Shown here: positions 1-14,871 of the stretch, piece after piece
How positions within the stretch are numbered: position 1 is the stretch's first letter
Layout of the letters: the number at the start of each line of letters is the position of its first letter
Source: the human T2T-CHM13v2.0 reference genome, Homo sapiens
Assembly (NCBI RefSeq): GCF_009914755.1
Contig: NC_060927.1
DNA length: 64,000 nt
Strand: one strand, 5' to 3'
Position numbers and translations under genes: made by a program
The notes under the pieces: model-generated
The model's database searches: none
What the model was told of the DNA's origin: nothing
What the model saw: the letters and a program-made list of their open reading frames with translations, nothing else

Positions 1-63
1 AGACACGTTATGTAGAATTTTTCGCCATATACCTGTATCTGTATTCTGATACGTTACGGAGAA

Positions 64-310
64 GCAGTACAGTACTGTAGTTAAAAATGTGGGCAAAGGC
101 TCTGAATTTTCAGTGTTCAAATGCCAGTTATGCCACTTACTGGCCGTGTCAGTCTGGGCAGTGAGCACCTATCTGTACTCAGTTTTGTCATTTGTAAGAT
201 GAGGCTATAATAATACCTACTTCATAAAGTCCTTAAGAGTTGATGTTTTATAATGAACCACTTAGACCAGTGCCTGGCATATCACAAGCCCTCAAACGTT
301 CATTGTTATT
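64..310 (+). mobile_element. MIR SINE, near full length, diverged
   Basis: Resembles MIR core (gccacttactggccgtgtc...ctcagttttgtcatttgtaagatgagg...cttagaccagtgcctggcat). Confidence 0.8.
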
Positions 311-1259
311 AACATTTTTAATGCTTCTTTTTGTAGTTGATGCTATTGTATTGTTGACGATGGGAAGAATGCCTATTACCCAACATACAACACAGCATTT
401 TCCAATTTCAGATGATATTTTGCAGAACACTGGACAAGAGAAAAAGAATTTCCCAAGGCTAGAGTTACTCCATTTAAAAAAAAAAAAAAAAAAAAAAGTT
501 CAGAGATAGGAAGCAGCTGTCTATGACAATAACTAATCCCATTTGCCTAAAACCATCATCACCTAGTATCTCTATCTTTGCTTTCGTCTGATTAAATGGA
601 AATGTCTCAGGTTTAGGAGTTCTGGCTAAAAAGGTGGTATGTGTTTGTCTTCTGCCTGTTCTCTGCCACCAAAATGAAGAACTGGTTCTGCTCACCTACC
701 CTAGCCAGCCTCACAGGGTCACAACCTAGTTGCATTTTTGAAATTCAAGCCAAGAATGCTGGAGCTCAATTTCACATGTGTCGTAACTGGGAGTGGCTAC
801 TCATGGCTCATCGGTTGTCTGCGCCCTTCTCATTTGTTCTAAGGGCTTTGTTACTTTGAATAAGCCTTCTTAGCTTCAGCCCAAGTATCACAGAGACAAT
901 AACTTCAGAGGAGGTAAGGAGGGGATGTTCACCGAAGGATTCACCGAGGAAAATGCAGCCTGTTTCCCAGGAAAGAGCTCCACATCTGTAAGAATTCCAT
1001 GAACAAGTCAGAACTTGCCAAAAGGATCAGCATAATCAAAAAACCAAAGAGGACTGAGATAAACCAAAAAACACCATATGTTGATTATGTTGTCATTCGT
1101 TAAGAATTAAGTTTATAAACCTTGGGTACTCACTGAGAAGCAGCATATTCTAGTAGGAAAAGTCCAGGTTTTGAAGAGAGACATTTGAACCCCAGGAACT
1201 TAACTTTAGTACTTACCGCATGGCCTTAGGCAAGTCCTGGTCGTGAATTCATTCTCTCT

Positions 1260-1590
1260 ACCAGTCAGCATCCAATAAGGAAAAATAAATGCCATTCCAG
1301 CTATTTCTAGCAGAAGGAATTGAGTATGGGGAGTTGGTCATACAGTTGATGTAAGAGCTAAAAGAGGAAACTGCAGAATGGGGCCACCCAGACATTAGCT
1401 ACAACAGAAAGCCACTACCCCTCTCCCAACCCAGGCTGAAGGGACTACAGGAAGAGATGGTGCTGTTGGAGGTTAAGATCTGGGGCAGACAGTGGGAGCT
1501 AAAACCACAGAGGAAATTCAGTCACTGTGGGAGAAGCCACCTAAGGCAGAGGGAGAGAGGAGAGAGACCATAGCTTCCTAGAAGTCAGTT
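1260..1590 (-). mobile_element. Old MaLR LTR fragment (MLT1K-N group)
   Basis: Diverged resemblance to MLT1 reverse strand; subfamily uncertain. Confidence 0.45.
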
Positions 1591-1952
1591 GGCAACATAT
1601 TCGTGGCCTCCCAGTCTTTTCTCCTACTGTTTCTGTAAAAGAAGAGAGAGGAGGAGGAGGGAGTGGAGGGGGGAAGGAGGAGGAAAAATCACCAGCTTTG
1701 CAGATTTGCTCTCAGATTCATTCCCTGCCTTTACCCTGCTCTGCTCTTTATCACAGGGTATCGAGGTGTATACACAGATAATAGTGCCCCAGTTAGCCCT
1801 GTACTATGTGATTAGTCCTGCTGTGTCTCATGGAAAAAGTATTTCTGCTTTTTTCTCGAAAGACAATCTGTCCATTTTCCCAAAAGAGTAATATGTTACC
1901 CAAATTATATAGACTATGTGTTACCACTTAACGTGTAACTCTCATATGCTAG

Positions 1953-2460
1953 AGGGGCAACATGGTACAGTAGTTAAGAGCAAGAGCTCTTAAGTACTTG
2001 TGTTCAAATCCTGGTTGTGCTTGCTTTGTGACTGTTGGGCATTTTAACTGCTATGGTCAGAATATTTGTGTGCCTCAGAAATCCACATGTTGAAATCCAG
2101 TCCCCAATGTGTTGGTATTAAGAGGTGGAGCTTTGGGGAGGTGATGAGGTTCTGCCTTCATCAATGGCATTAGTGCCCCTATAAAAGAGGTTTGAGGGAG
2201 ACCCCTTTGTCCTTCCACTATGTGAGGATGCAGTGAGAAGATACCATCTATGAAGAACAGAACTTTACCAGACATCAAATCTGCTGGTACCTTGATCTTG
2301 GACTTCCCAGGCTCCACGACTGTGAGCAGTAATTTTCCATTGTTTATGTATTACCCAGTCTAAGGTATTTTGTTATAGCAACCTGGACAAACTAAGACAT
2401 TAACCTCTCTGGTCTCTTGTTTGTATGATGGGATTAAAAAGAGTCCCAGCCTCATGACAC
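1953..2460 (+). mobile_element. MIR interrupted by MLT1A0
   Basis: MIR 5' part 1953-2048 resumes at 2400 (ttaacctctctg). Confidence 0.65.
2049..2399 (+). mobile_element. MLT1A0-type MaLR solo LTR
   Basis: Begins TGCTATGG, ends ACTAAGACA, colinear with MLT1A0; 5-bp TSD TTAAC at 2044-2048 and 2400-2404. Confidence 0.9.
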
Positions 2461-3239
2461 TTTTATTTTATTTGCCTAATATGTAGGGCTGTGTTCTTTT
2501 AAGTATTAAATGAAAATTCTCCCAGGCCTAAGATTCGATATGTCAGTGGCCCACTTTTATTGCTGTGATATGTGGACAAGATGGGACTATTTCTCCTTTG
2601 GTTTTGACTAAGACACTCACATGCTAGATAATGAATACCAATCTAAATGTAAGGCAGATCACCAACAGCAGAAAATAATATGTTGAGAACAAGTTCCATG
2701 ACCCTTAGGCCCTTTACCACAGCAGCTAGACGGAGAATTCTGAAGTATCAGGACGGGGACAAGGATATATGGAGATGGAGGATTTATTTAGAGAAAAGGG
2801 AGCTTTGCCTCACACACCAAATGTGTTTCTCAAAAGTGTATCTTGTTGGCTCAGTAAATTTTCATGGTTTTCTATATTAGAGACTTAGGATCTAGTTGAA
2901 TCAACTGTCTAAGCAAAGTATGTTCAAGGATGCCTAATCTTACATAATAGAATGAGCCCTAGGGACATCCACCAAAAGAGGCAAAACTTGAGATGAGCCT
3001 TGAAAGAAGAAACTTAGAAGAGGGTAAGAAGACGCATACATCATGAAGTATTCCAGAAACAAGGAAAGATCCTCTCAAACCCACAGTAGAAAATTCAAAG
3101 GGCAAGGCAGCCTGGAGTCTGCCAAAAAGGCTTTTTTTTCCCCCAAAGAAGCTGGTAACTAGGGTTTTGCTGGAAGTTCCTACTTAGAGGAAAATTAAGC
3201 TATCTATGTCCATGGGAAATGAAAGGTGGAAAGTAACTT

Positions 3240-3430
3240 CACTATTTCCTAGCTTTCTGGGAACTCGGGCAAATTATCTCTGTGCTTCTGTTTCATCATC
3301 TGTAACATGTTGATTTTAATTGTACCTACCTCTTGAAGTCGACATGAGGTTGAAATGAGTTCATACATGAATATATTTAGCATGGTAGCCAGCAGGTAGT
3401 AAACATTCAAAAATTCTTAGTTTAATTATT
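3240..3430 (+). mobile_element. MIR fragment
   Basis: MIR core and 3' similarity (ctgtgcttctgtttcatcatctgtaa...gtacctacctc). Confidence 0.7.
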
Positions 3431-3929
3431 GTAATTATTCAGTGGTAAAGGTCTGGCAGAGAAAGAATGAAATTATCTGGATTACTGGAGGGGGAAAAAA
3501 ACCCTCACTCTAACTGGGAGGGTCAACTTATTCCCTGTCCAAATTGTTTACTGTTTAATTCAGTTCTCAGAATGGATCTCTAACTCTGACCCATGAACCG
3601 GTCCATGTATTACTAGTTAGAATTTGGAAGTCCCATTGCTTTTGTTCACCTGCCTGAATCCATAATATATTTAAGTGAGCCAGACATCTCACTTGCATGC
3701 TATCCTAGCAGTGCTTTACTTCTAAACTGCCCTGGACAAGATATTTTGCAGGAGTGAGAAGATATGCCTTCAGTGTCATGGGCAGTCCGTGAGGCTCGTG
3801 GACTGAGAAGATTCCTAGAGACTTTGAGTTTTGTGTAGGGCTCTCATTTCCTACCTAGATAGTGTCTGTGAAAGAGCTAAATGGATTCTACAATGGCTAA
3901 AGACCGAAGTCTTTTATCTGGCCTGTGTA

Positions 3930-4095
3930 GACTTATAAGAGTTCCATGTATATAAACTTCAGGAAATCCATGAACTCTGTGATGGTATGCAAAATGGTAT
4001 GTTCCCACACAAGTGTACATCTTAGGAGAGGATTAATTGCTTTCATCATATTCTCAAATGGTTAACAAATAACTCAGGATAAAGTAAGGGAATTA
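3930..4095 (+). mobile_element. Charlie4z-like hAT MITE
   Basis: cttcaggaaatccatgaac...gtatgcaaaat...gctttcatcatattctcaaa resembles Charlie4z. Confidence 0.55.
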
Positions 4096-5031
4096 AGGTC
4101 TAGATATTTTACCAGCAGAATAATTAGACCTATAACTGAAACATAGAATTAGAGGACAAAAGGAGCTTACAATCAGTTCACTTAGCCCTACAACCTTTCC
4201 CTCCCTATTCCTGATGTTGCTTGAAAAACTGAGTACTCAGAAGGTATTCTTTTTTTTTTTTTTTTTTTTTTTTTTTTGACTTACAGCTTACTTTTAATTT
4301 TGTCTTGGATTTAGACCGGTCAAAGGTATTCCTGCTTCCTCCACAGAGATGTAACATTATATGAATTCATAAGAATCATGGTTTGTTTGTTTTCTTGTAA
4401 TCTGAAACAGCTTTTATCAAAAACCTAATTCATAAAGAAAAGCTAATCATGTACAGGGAAAAGCAGATCTTCGTGGGGATTTTTTTCCTTTAGCAGCGTA
4501 ATTATAGTCTTATTTTTTCTTTTTGTTTTCTCCCCTGTTAAAAGCAAGAGATGGTCCCATTTTTTCTCCTCATTCCCCAGTCTAGTCTCATGCATGGGAC
4601 TAATTTGACAAGACAAATCATTGGAAGAACATTTATCTTTATCCAGGAGGTTGTTTTCAGAAATTTTTTGATGTTGTCCTAGATTTCTACTTTTTTAGAG
4701 GCTTTTTGAAATGACAGATGGGCTCAACTGCTTTTAATGCCTGGTGGGGTGAGGAAGAATTGCATTCACTTATGTGTGTGTGTATACATATGAGAAACAT
4801 TAATTTTTAATTTACTCTGTTTACCTTGAGAAACTGCCAGTGAATGATTCAGATATTCCACAGAAAGGGACTTTCTTTTGTAATATAGGACAAAAGACAG
4901 CTAAGCATGTGTTCTTTCTTCAAAGCAGAGGTTCAGGGTAGGGGGAATAGTATTTATTTGTGCAGCTTACAAAAGGACTACTTTGACTATGTAAACACTC
5001 ACATAATTTTATTAAGAGTTGCTACCAAATC

Positions 5032-5284
5032 TTTTTTTTTTTTTTTTGAGACGGAATCTCGCTCTGTCACCCAGGCTGAAGTGCAGTGGTGCGATCTTGG
5101 CTCACTGCAACCCTTGCCTCCCGGTTTCATGCAATTCTCCTGCCTCAGCCTCCTAAGTAGCTGGGGTTACAGCCACGTGCCACCACGCCTGGCTAATTTT
5201 TTATTTTTAGTAGAGATGGGGTTTCACTGTGTTGGTCAGGCTGGTCTCCAACTCCTGACCTCGTGACCCACCTGCCTTGGCCTC
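5032..5284 (-). mobile_element. AluS (Sg/Sc-like), 5'-truncated
   Basis: Poly-T plus Alu reverse complement; gacctcgtga variant; first ~35 nt missing. Confidence 0.95.
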
Positions 5285-6044
5285 TAGTACATGCTTAAAA
5301 ACTCAGCTTAGATACAGAGATAGAGAGCCAGAGCAGGCTGTGCCGACATTCCTTTAATTCAACAATTCTTTGTGTGTCTGTGTTTCAGAATCAAACCCCA
5401 GGATGGTGATTTGCATAGTGGTGAGTTAAGCTGGCCTCTAATTTTTAGTCCCGGGTATGACACTAGCTTTGGGGATTCCAGCAATCTTCCTCCTCTGTCT
5501 TGTACTTGGGTGTCTCAGGAGGTCAGATGCTTGGGGCCTACTGATTCCAAGGAGGAGAAAAACTTCTCAGCTTCCCTGAGGGGGTTGAGGATGAGAATTG
5601 GAGCATTCTAAAGGGATTTCTAATAACTTACGTTTACAACCTGATTCATGGACATGGAGGCTTAACTCTGCCCAATTGTCCAAGAACCCCTCAAGGATTC
5701 CCTCAGAGTGAAGGTGGGGTTGGGAGCCAGATGTGATTCCAAATTCCTGGAGAGACCTGGAATACCTGAAATACCCATATTAAGACTCCCTTGTATGATT
5801 ATGCTAATGTGCATTCCACATCTAAGGGGTCACTGTTCACATCACAGATATCATAGACTTGCATAGTTATTTAAACAGCTTTCTGGCAATGGCATTAAGG
5901 TGACTTGTTCTTACAAGGTCAGTGTATTAGCCCAGGTTTACATAATGTAAAAACTGTTTATTATTAGTTTGGGGGTTTTATAATAAATAAGTAACGTTTA
6001 GTGAGTATTTACTGGAGAATGGTGGTTGACCTCTCCCCTCAGGA

Positions 6045-6645
<601 letters not shown>

Positions 6646-7554
6646 GTAGGAAGTTAAAGACTAGAAAATAGTAATTTCTTTATCTTTCCTGTTCAAGAGT
6701 AATTTGCTTTTGCCCCCTTGCAACTGACTGTGGAAAAGTCAAATAATTGCATAAGAATCTACCTGAACAGTTTGCTTCCTATGTCTAATTGCCAGGCAGT
6801 ATAATTACAACTGTGCATAGCATTAAATATGTGTTAAATTGATTTTTTTAATTCATTTGATTCGATTTCAACACTAAGCTCTGTTCATTTAAGCATAGTC
6901 TTCGTAGTTTATACCTTTGTAAGATATGGTTGAGGAGTAGATGATATCACATGAAATAATTTGAGAACCACTGCTCTAAATTTAACCTGTGTTTCTGTTA
7001 TCGCTGCTGCCATGTGTCTGATAAACACTGTCTTATATGACAAAACATGACACTGCTTTCTACAAAATGTCCTTGCATTATAATTTGTTCAGCACTGATG
7101 CATAACTCCTCAATGTGGAAAAATGAGTAAGATGCTGTAAAATGTGGCACAATGTCTAGATCATGTCTTTGTGGAGGAAGGAGAGTATGTGCTGAACAAT
7201 AGTTTTTCACAATGTGCAAGACTCTTGGTCTAACCATTAATAGAGACAATCTAGTCTCTGAATCATTAACTCCAAATTCTAGAAGAAAGAATATGACTGT
7301 CTACTTCTGATATCCTTTTTGATCCATTGAAGAGGCACAGGGACAGGGTCTCACAGTACAAACAGTTCTGCAGGGACCTTTGCAGGCAGAGGGCAGTTTT
7401 CTGAGAAGAACAGAAGGAACCAAAGCTTTCTGTAACAGGATCATAAAGCCTTTAAAAGGAGAAACCATAATGGTTACTCAGGGAAGCTAGGACTGTATGT
7501 ATCCCCACCGTTTGAGTCACTTTTGGCTGCTGCTGTAATAAAATACAAACCACT

Positions 7555-8092
<538 letters not shown>

Positions 8093-8911
8093 GTACTACA
8101 GTGTGAATACCAATGGGGTTAGTCTCCCTCAGCTACCTGGGGACTCTCCATTTTGTGCATATCTTCTGTAGGAGGATCCTCCCTTGCATGTCTTGGGCTG
8201 TTACAGACTGATGTTGAGGCAGCCCTAGGGCACTGTTGGCTTCAAGCTTTTACAGGAGGTATGGAGTTACTCACAGCTCTGTGCTGGTGATATAACCATG
8301 GCTACCTTCTCGTTATAACCATAAGGTCCTGTATGTTCCTCCATTTCTATTTAGTGCATTCATATTGTGTTGTAGAGCATGGATATGTACTTGTTAATTA
8401 TATCTCTTATTTCTGCATTTTGTATGGAGGTGGGCCTGGGTGTTGATTCTGGCAGGTGTTCCATCTACCATCTTAAACTGGAAATCTAGCAGAGCTTTAG
8501 AACACTGAGGATTCTAGAAGCAGGACTTAAAGTGCTAGTCTTGACAAGAACAAAGACCCTGTGCTCCTGTCCCTAACATCTGAGGCTCTTGCGGTGGCAG
8601 TTTCCATTATTTATGGCTTCAGCCACAGTGGAAAGTGGCACTAATATCACATCTGAGAAAGTATCTTTGGCACAGATGCCAGACCATTGGTGTCAGCACT
8701 GGGGTCATAGTGCTAGAGACACACCAGTAGCCCCACAAATAGCAGAGGCCCAAGTAATTGCCACTACTAAAGGGGACCTAGCAGGAGAAAAGGACAGTGG
8801 CCCACAGGAGTGAAATCAATTGATACAGATGAGAAACTAACAGCAAAACCATGGCAAGTCCTCACACTAAGTTCACGTTAATGCCAAGAAGAATAAATAA
8901 AAGTGAGTCAT

Positions 8912-9622
8912 AATCACAGTGAGATACTACTTTATACTCACTACCATGACTAAAACCAAAAAGTCAGACAGTAACAGGTGTTAGCAAGGATGAGGAGAAT
9001 TTGGAAGCCTCCTACATTGCTAGTGAAATTATAAAATGCTGCAATAGCTTTGGAAAACAGTCTGGCATTTCTCAAAAGGTTAAACAAAGATTAAGCATAT
9101 AAACTAGCAAGTCCACTCCTAGGATATACTCAAAGGAATGAAAACATGTTCACACAAAACCTAGAATGTGAAAGTTCTTGCAGCATTATTCATGATTGTA
9201 AATAACCCAAATATTCGACTGATGAATGGATAAACAAATGTGTTATATCCACAAAATGGAATATTATTCAGCCATAAAAAAAATGAAGTGCCGATACATG
9301 TTACAACATGGATAAACCCTGAATACATTATGCTGAGTAAAAGAAACCAGTCACAAAGGCCCTATATTGTATGATCCCATTTAGATGCAATATTCAGAAT
9401 AGGCTAATGTAACAGAAAGTAGATTAGCAGCTTCCAGGGGCTGGGGACAAGCGACAATGGGGAGTGGCTGTTAATGGGCATGGGGTTTCTTTGGGAGATA
9501 ATGAAAATGTTTCAAGATTAGATAGTGGTGATATTTGCCCACCTTTGTGAATAGACTTAAAACCACCAAGTTGTATACTATGAAAGGGTGAATTTTATGT
9601 TATTGTGAATTGTATCTCAAGC
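8912..9622 (+). mobile_element. L1MB-type L1 3' end (end of ORF2 plus 3'UTR)
   Basis: gatgaatggataaacaaatgtg...atggaatattattcagccataaaaa...gggtgaattttatg. Confidence 0.85.
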
Positions 9623-11369
9623 CATTTTTTAAAAAGCCTCCACCAAAGCTGGGCTGTGCCCCCATGGAAATCAAACAAGGCCCTGTGAGTAAGGTTCCAC
9701 TTATCCACACTTCTGTGGTTTGGATGTTAAAGTGCTATTCCCCATTTGTCACAGAATTTGTGTGTATGTAAGAGAAAGGGAGATAAATTGCTTCTTTAGT
9801 ATTTTTCTTTACATATGAGCTTCTTTATTTCTAAGGGGGCTAGACTAGACAATAATCTGAATGACAAGCTCAATGCTCTCTTTAGAATGTTCTGACCCTT
9901 GATGGCCATCAGAGCCTGTATTTATTCTCTTATTTCCTTGAGTTCTTTCTCAGTAGGCTCCTTGGTCCTTTATACAGACAACCTCTTGACATGCTCAGCA
10001 GTTCCAGCCCCAAAGCCTATATTATATTCTGAAGAACTTTGGGAGGTATTATTGTCTCCATTCGCAGGTGAGAAAACCCAAGTCAGAGAGATTGTGACCC
10101 AAGAAGCAAAGAAAATTGATGCTGATTTTATCCTCCCAAGTTTGCCAAGCCCCTTTAATCTGATTCTTCAAGTGCTTTTAACAGTGAACTCCTGTTGACT
10201 GCATTTGTCACAGGACTTTCTGTTTAGTAATGACTGCAATTAAGCTAGAACATAATATTTGACAACAATAGCAGAGCTGAGCTCCCATTAATTTTTTTGA
10301 GCTGGTGCAAGGAGTAAGTGAAGCAAAAGGCCATGACCGACTGAGTGCCAAAATGAAGACCCGTGTCCCCTCTGACGTTAGCTGAATGTCTCTCTAATCT
10401 CCTGTGATCTTTTGCTGGGCAGATACCAGCAGACATTTGCCACATGGTTGAATCTTCATTGAGTAAAAATGAATTCTTTTCTGCATGGTGCTGTTCATCA
10501 GCTCTCTTCCCTCAATAAATGTGTTATTTAGTTGCTCAGGTTTCCTTCTTTGTGAAACTGGGGGACAATAAAAACTTACCACAATCACTGGAGGCATTTC
10601 AGTAAAGCTGCTTTGAGCACCGTAGAGCCACAGCCAGCCGGGCAGAATGTTTTTATTTTATTTTGCTTGGTCTGGGTTTGTTTCTTAATTGCAAATTGCA
10701 GAGTCCAGGGTTCAAAGATGAAATGCAACTGTGGGTGGCCCACAGGTTTAATGAGGCTTGTGAATATGGCCAGATCATATCCAATATACTCCTGAGGCTT
10801 GGTGATGCCTGCTATGAAAAAGAACACTGAACGGCCCCAAAGCTCCAGAAAAAATGGAAAACATGGTAGATCCTCCTAGACCCATCTTGACTTCAGTAGT
10901 ATGAGTACATGTACACCTTTTCTTTGCTAACCTTAAAAATAAAACATATATGCACAGATTATAGCTGAACCCAAAACCCAAGCATCCACACTCCCATTCC
11001 ATCCCTAAACAGAACTGTCTGGCAGATAGTCAAGGCCTTCCGAATCCCAGCTGTACTGGGCTCCTCTAACCTTATTTTCAGTGCTTTCTAAGAAGGCTTC
11101 TTTATTCAGTTCTGCTAATCTCCTCTTTCTTTGGCATTAAACATTTGCTCCATTTCCACATCTTTGCCCAAGCTTTTCCTTCTGCTTAGAATGCCCTGTA
11201 AGATCCCCTCCACTTGCTGATGATCCCAAATCTTCCCACCTCTATGACATGTCTGCCGTAACTGCTATGCCTAGTATTGCCCTCTTAGATGGTCTGTTTC
11301 TTCACTATTCAACTTGTCTCTATCTTCACTCTTTCAGACTTTTTCATCGGCCTTGATCAATTCTAGTTG

Positions 11370-11700
11370 GTGATCCCACATTTGGAATAATCTTTGACTC
11401 TTCTTTCATGCCCGAGATCTAATCCTTCCACAACTCTGTGGGCTTTATCTTTAAAGTCATCCAGAATCTAACCACTGATTCCGACTTCCACCACTACCGC
11501 GCTAGTCCACGTACCATTTGATTTCACCTGGGTTATTATAATAGTTAATTAGTTTCCTTGCTCCCACTCTTGTCCTTATAGACTGACCTCTGCACAGTAG
11601 CTATAGTGATCCTTTTACAATGCAAGTCAAGTCATGTCCCTCCCTATTCAAAGCTCTCTAATGGCCTCCATCTCCTTTAGAAGAGCACCTAATCTCACCA
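11370..11700 (+). mobile_element. L2 LINE fragment
   Basis: atctttgactcttct...ccagaatctaaccact...cacagtagctatagtgatcctttt resembles L2a. Confidence 0.7.
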
Positions 11701-11754
11701 GGTTCTGCCAAGACACAATAACAATTCAAACTTACTCCAGTGGTATTTTTATTT

Positions 11755-11965
11755 ATAATAATAACAGCATTTAACAAGTGTTTACCCTACAAGAGACATT
11801 GTTCTAAGCCTTTGACATGTTCAGGGTTGCTGTACCCTACAGGTGCCATTACAGTTCAGAAACTGAGATACAAAGAGGCCAGGAGATTTTCACAGTGTGC
11901 ACAACCAGAACTAGGATTTGAACCACGAGAGAGCCCATCCTCTACACCACTGCCCCCTCCTGCCT
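11755..11965 (-). mobile_element. MIR
   Basis: ataataacagcattt...gaaactgag...ggatttgaacc. Confidence 0.7.
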
Positions 11966-13949
11966 CTGGACGTAGGATACACTAGGATGTGCTGCAACCT
12001 GCATAATTAGACCTTCATTTTAATTTAAAACACTTCAGTAAGGAGCCCAGTACTCTATTTGTTTTCTTCTGTTTGCAAATGTATCAGTGTGTGAGTTTAA
12101 CTGTAGGAGGAGAGGTTTTAAGGAAAAAGAGAAAAAGGCTGGAGCCTGCATTAATTAGGTAAACCCATGTCCTCAGACAGCAATGCCCCAGAGCCAAGAT
12201 GGAAGCCAAGAAATTTGTTTTAAAAATATGATATCTCCCAAGCTGAAGATTACGTCAAATATATAGTGATATACCACCCAAAAGGCAAAAACCACAGTTT
12301 GCTTGTTTAAAGGCTTATTTTAAATTGGTTTGGCTGTTTCTCAGAGCTGTACCACAAGCAACAGGCTGTAGTTTCTGTGCAAGGGTTGAAAAGTTGTCTT
12401 GAGAAAATGAATTGTGGTCTTGCCCAGAGGCTCTGAACCTTTAGTAGAATCACCCCTGCCCCACAGATATCAGGCAGGCCAGCCAGGCAGCTGGCTGTCA
12501 TATCTGTCACACCTGAGCCATGGTGTCCACGACACTCCTACCTAGTGGGGGAGAAATTCCATTTGTTGAAGAGCAGAAAGAGCTTGGGCCTCAACAAAAA
12601 TTTCTTCAAAAAGGGCAAAATGTCACACAGTGGTATAAAAAATAAGGAAAAGGGACTTTGGGTGTTATATTAGTGGTATAACTCAAGATTGAAGAGTAAA
12701 ATGTAAGGGATTGGTTATTTGAAACATATAAACATTCAGGTGATGAATGTTTGCAGCCTGTCTGGTACCCATCTTGTCCCAAGTGCCAAGCTCTTCAGTT
12801 GTTTCTGCTACTTAAGAAAGACACCATCTAATCTGCCATATAGAGAGCTTAAATGGAGCTGTAAATATTTGGGGGAAAGAGTTTGGTAGTGTTAGCCTGG
12901 CCTGTCCTCCGCTGTATTATAAGTAGCTGTTATCTGAAACAATTGAGAACACAGGGGAAAAAAAGACCCAATTATGCACCAGGAAGTCCAGTGCCCCATT
13001 TTTGGAGAAGGAAAGTGAGAGGGCATTGAGTTTCATTGATTGGGTCTCCGTGGCAGGCCAGCTGCCCCCCAGGAAGGCCTGGTATTCCTGTCCTCTCCGT
13101 GAACCTGCCTGAAAGGGATATAGGAGTTATTGGGTAATCAGGACTTGTCAGCACCTCGGTTATGCAGGATGGTTCAATCCGATAATGTGAATGGAACCTG
13201 TAATAGGGCTGATGAAAAGCACTCCAGTTTCAAAAGGGCCTTGAATGATTTTTTGTTCATTTTCTGTTTACATGTAATGTGTTATTGATGTCATTACCTT
13301 ATAATACGGCAGCTTGTTTCATAGAAAAACCAGGAATTATTCATTCTTTAAAAAAAAAAAAGACTTAGAAGAAAAAGAAGAAGAAAGGAGGAAAGAAAGA
13401 AACCCTGTTACGTGAGGAAAATTGCATTGGAATGCTGCAACTGAAACATATTGATTTTCTGGCACTAGACTTTTTAGATTAAAAATGCCAATACTAAATC
13501 CTTTCATGACCTATAGTTCATATGAAGTTCGCATGTCATTTACTATTATTCTGGGGGAAAAAAAGCTGAATCTTTAATGAAAACATAGTTGGAAAGAATG
13601 TCTGCCGTTTCCACAATTTGCATACCATTATAATAATGCCTGATTATGAGCTAAACATGCTGATAGTGGGATGGGTTGAACATTTCTCTTACTTCAAATC
13701 AGAAGTCATTTGTCTATTTGAATTGTCTGCTTGGCTTGGCTCCATCCTTGGTGGGAGTCATGGGTGTGCACTCTTTCCTTGCCCAGGCTTGTTAGGGTTG
13801 GTGCATTAAGCTCCCCACACTAAGAGAGATACATTCCTTCACATTCTACTAGTGCCAGAGACTTAAGTATGTCTGGTCTTACTGTAGTCTAGAAAACACT
13901 CATGATACCTATTAGGTATTTATCCAAATTAGTTAAAAATTATAATATA

Positions 13950-14248
13950 GATCAGGTGCGATGGCTCATGCCTGTAATCCCTCAGGATGAGGCAGGCGGA
14001 TCAATTGAGAACCGGAGTTCAAGACCAGCCTGGACAACATAGTGAACATATGTGAAACCCCGTCTCTACTAAAAATACAAAAAATTAGCCGGGTGTGGTG
14101 GTGCACACCTGTAATCTCAGCTGCCCAGGAAGCTGAGGCACAAGAATCGCTTGAACCTAGGAGGCGGAGGTTGCAGTGAACTGAGATCATACTACCACAC
14201 TCCAGCCTTTGAGACAGAACGAAACTCTGTCTCAAAAAAAAAAAAAAA
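13950..14248 (+). mobile_element. AluS with internal deletion and small tandem duplication
   Basis: Dimeric Alu with A tail; TSD aaaaattataatat / aaaaattgtaatat. Confidence 0.95.
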
Positions 14249-14647
14249 TTGTAATATGGCCATGTAAGTTCTTGGCATAGTCTTGATGTGATTGCATGGT
14301 TACTGCCAATCTCAGAAGTCCCTTAGCCAACACACAAATTCCTCAATGGCATCTCTGGTCACAGTTTTTGTTTTCCAACAGTGAGCCAGGTTTGAAGGTT
14401 ATGCAAAAACATCTTCATTTCCTCCTTTGTATTTTCAAGGTATTATCACAAATATTTGTACTTTGATCAGAGCTTTCTGCACCCCCTGCTAAGTCAGGAA
14501 TTATTTAGTTTCTTTGTCGTTGGACAGAGATGAGTAGGTCCTATAACATTTTGGCCTCTGTCACTAGAATGAGGACGAGGCACACAGAGGGTGTAGATTT
14601 CTTAGATAAGCAGCTTCTCCAGCTGGAATCTTTCTCAGTGTCTATAG

Positions 14648-14871
14648 TAGGGGGTTGCAAACTAAGGTCCAAAAACTAAATGCTACCCCAAACCTGCTTT
14701 TCTAAATAAAGTTTTATTGGAACACAATCATGTTTATTTGTTTACATATTATCTGTGGCTGGTTTTATACTACAGCATCAGGGTTGAGTAGTTGGAATAG
14801 AGACCATATGGCCAGCAAAGCCTAAAGTACTTACTATCTGGCCCTTTACAGAAAAAGTTTGCCAATCCCTG
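14648..14871 (+). mobile_element. MER58A hAT MITE
   Basis: taaataaagttttattggaacaca...tactatctggccctttacagaaaaagtttgccaatccctg; both TIRs present. Confidence 0.9.

Noticed and set aside
928-951. ttcaccgaagga/ttcaccgaggaa 12-bp tandem duplication
   Set aside because: Simple slippage duplication, two units only
1638-1688. Polypurine tracts (also ~13350-13402 and ~24112-24152) as H-DNA/G4 elements
   Set aside because: Ordinary low-complexity sequence without long mirror symmetry
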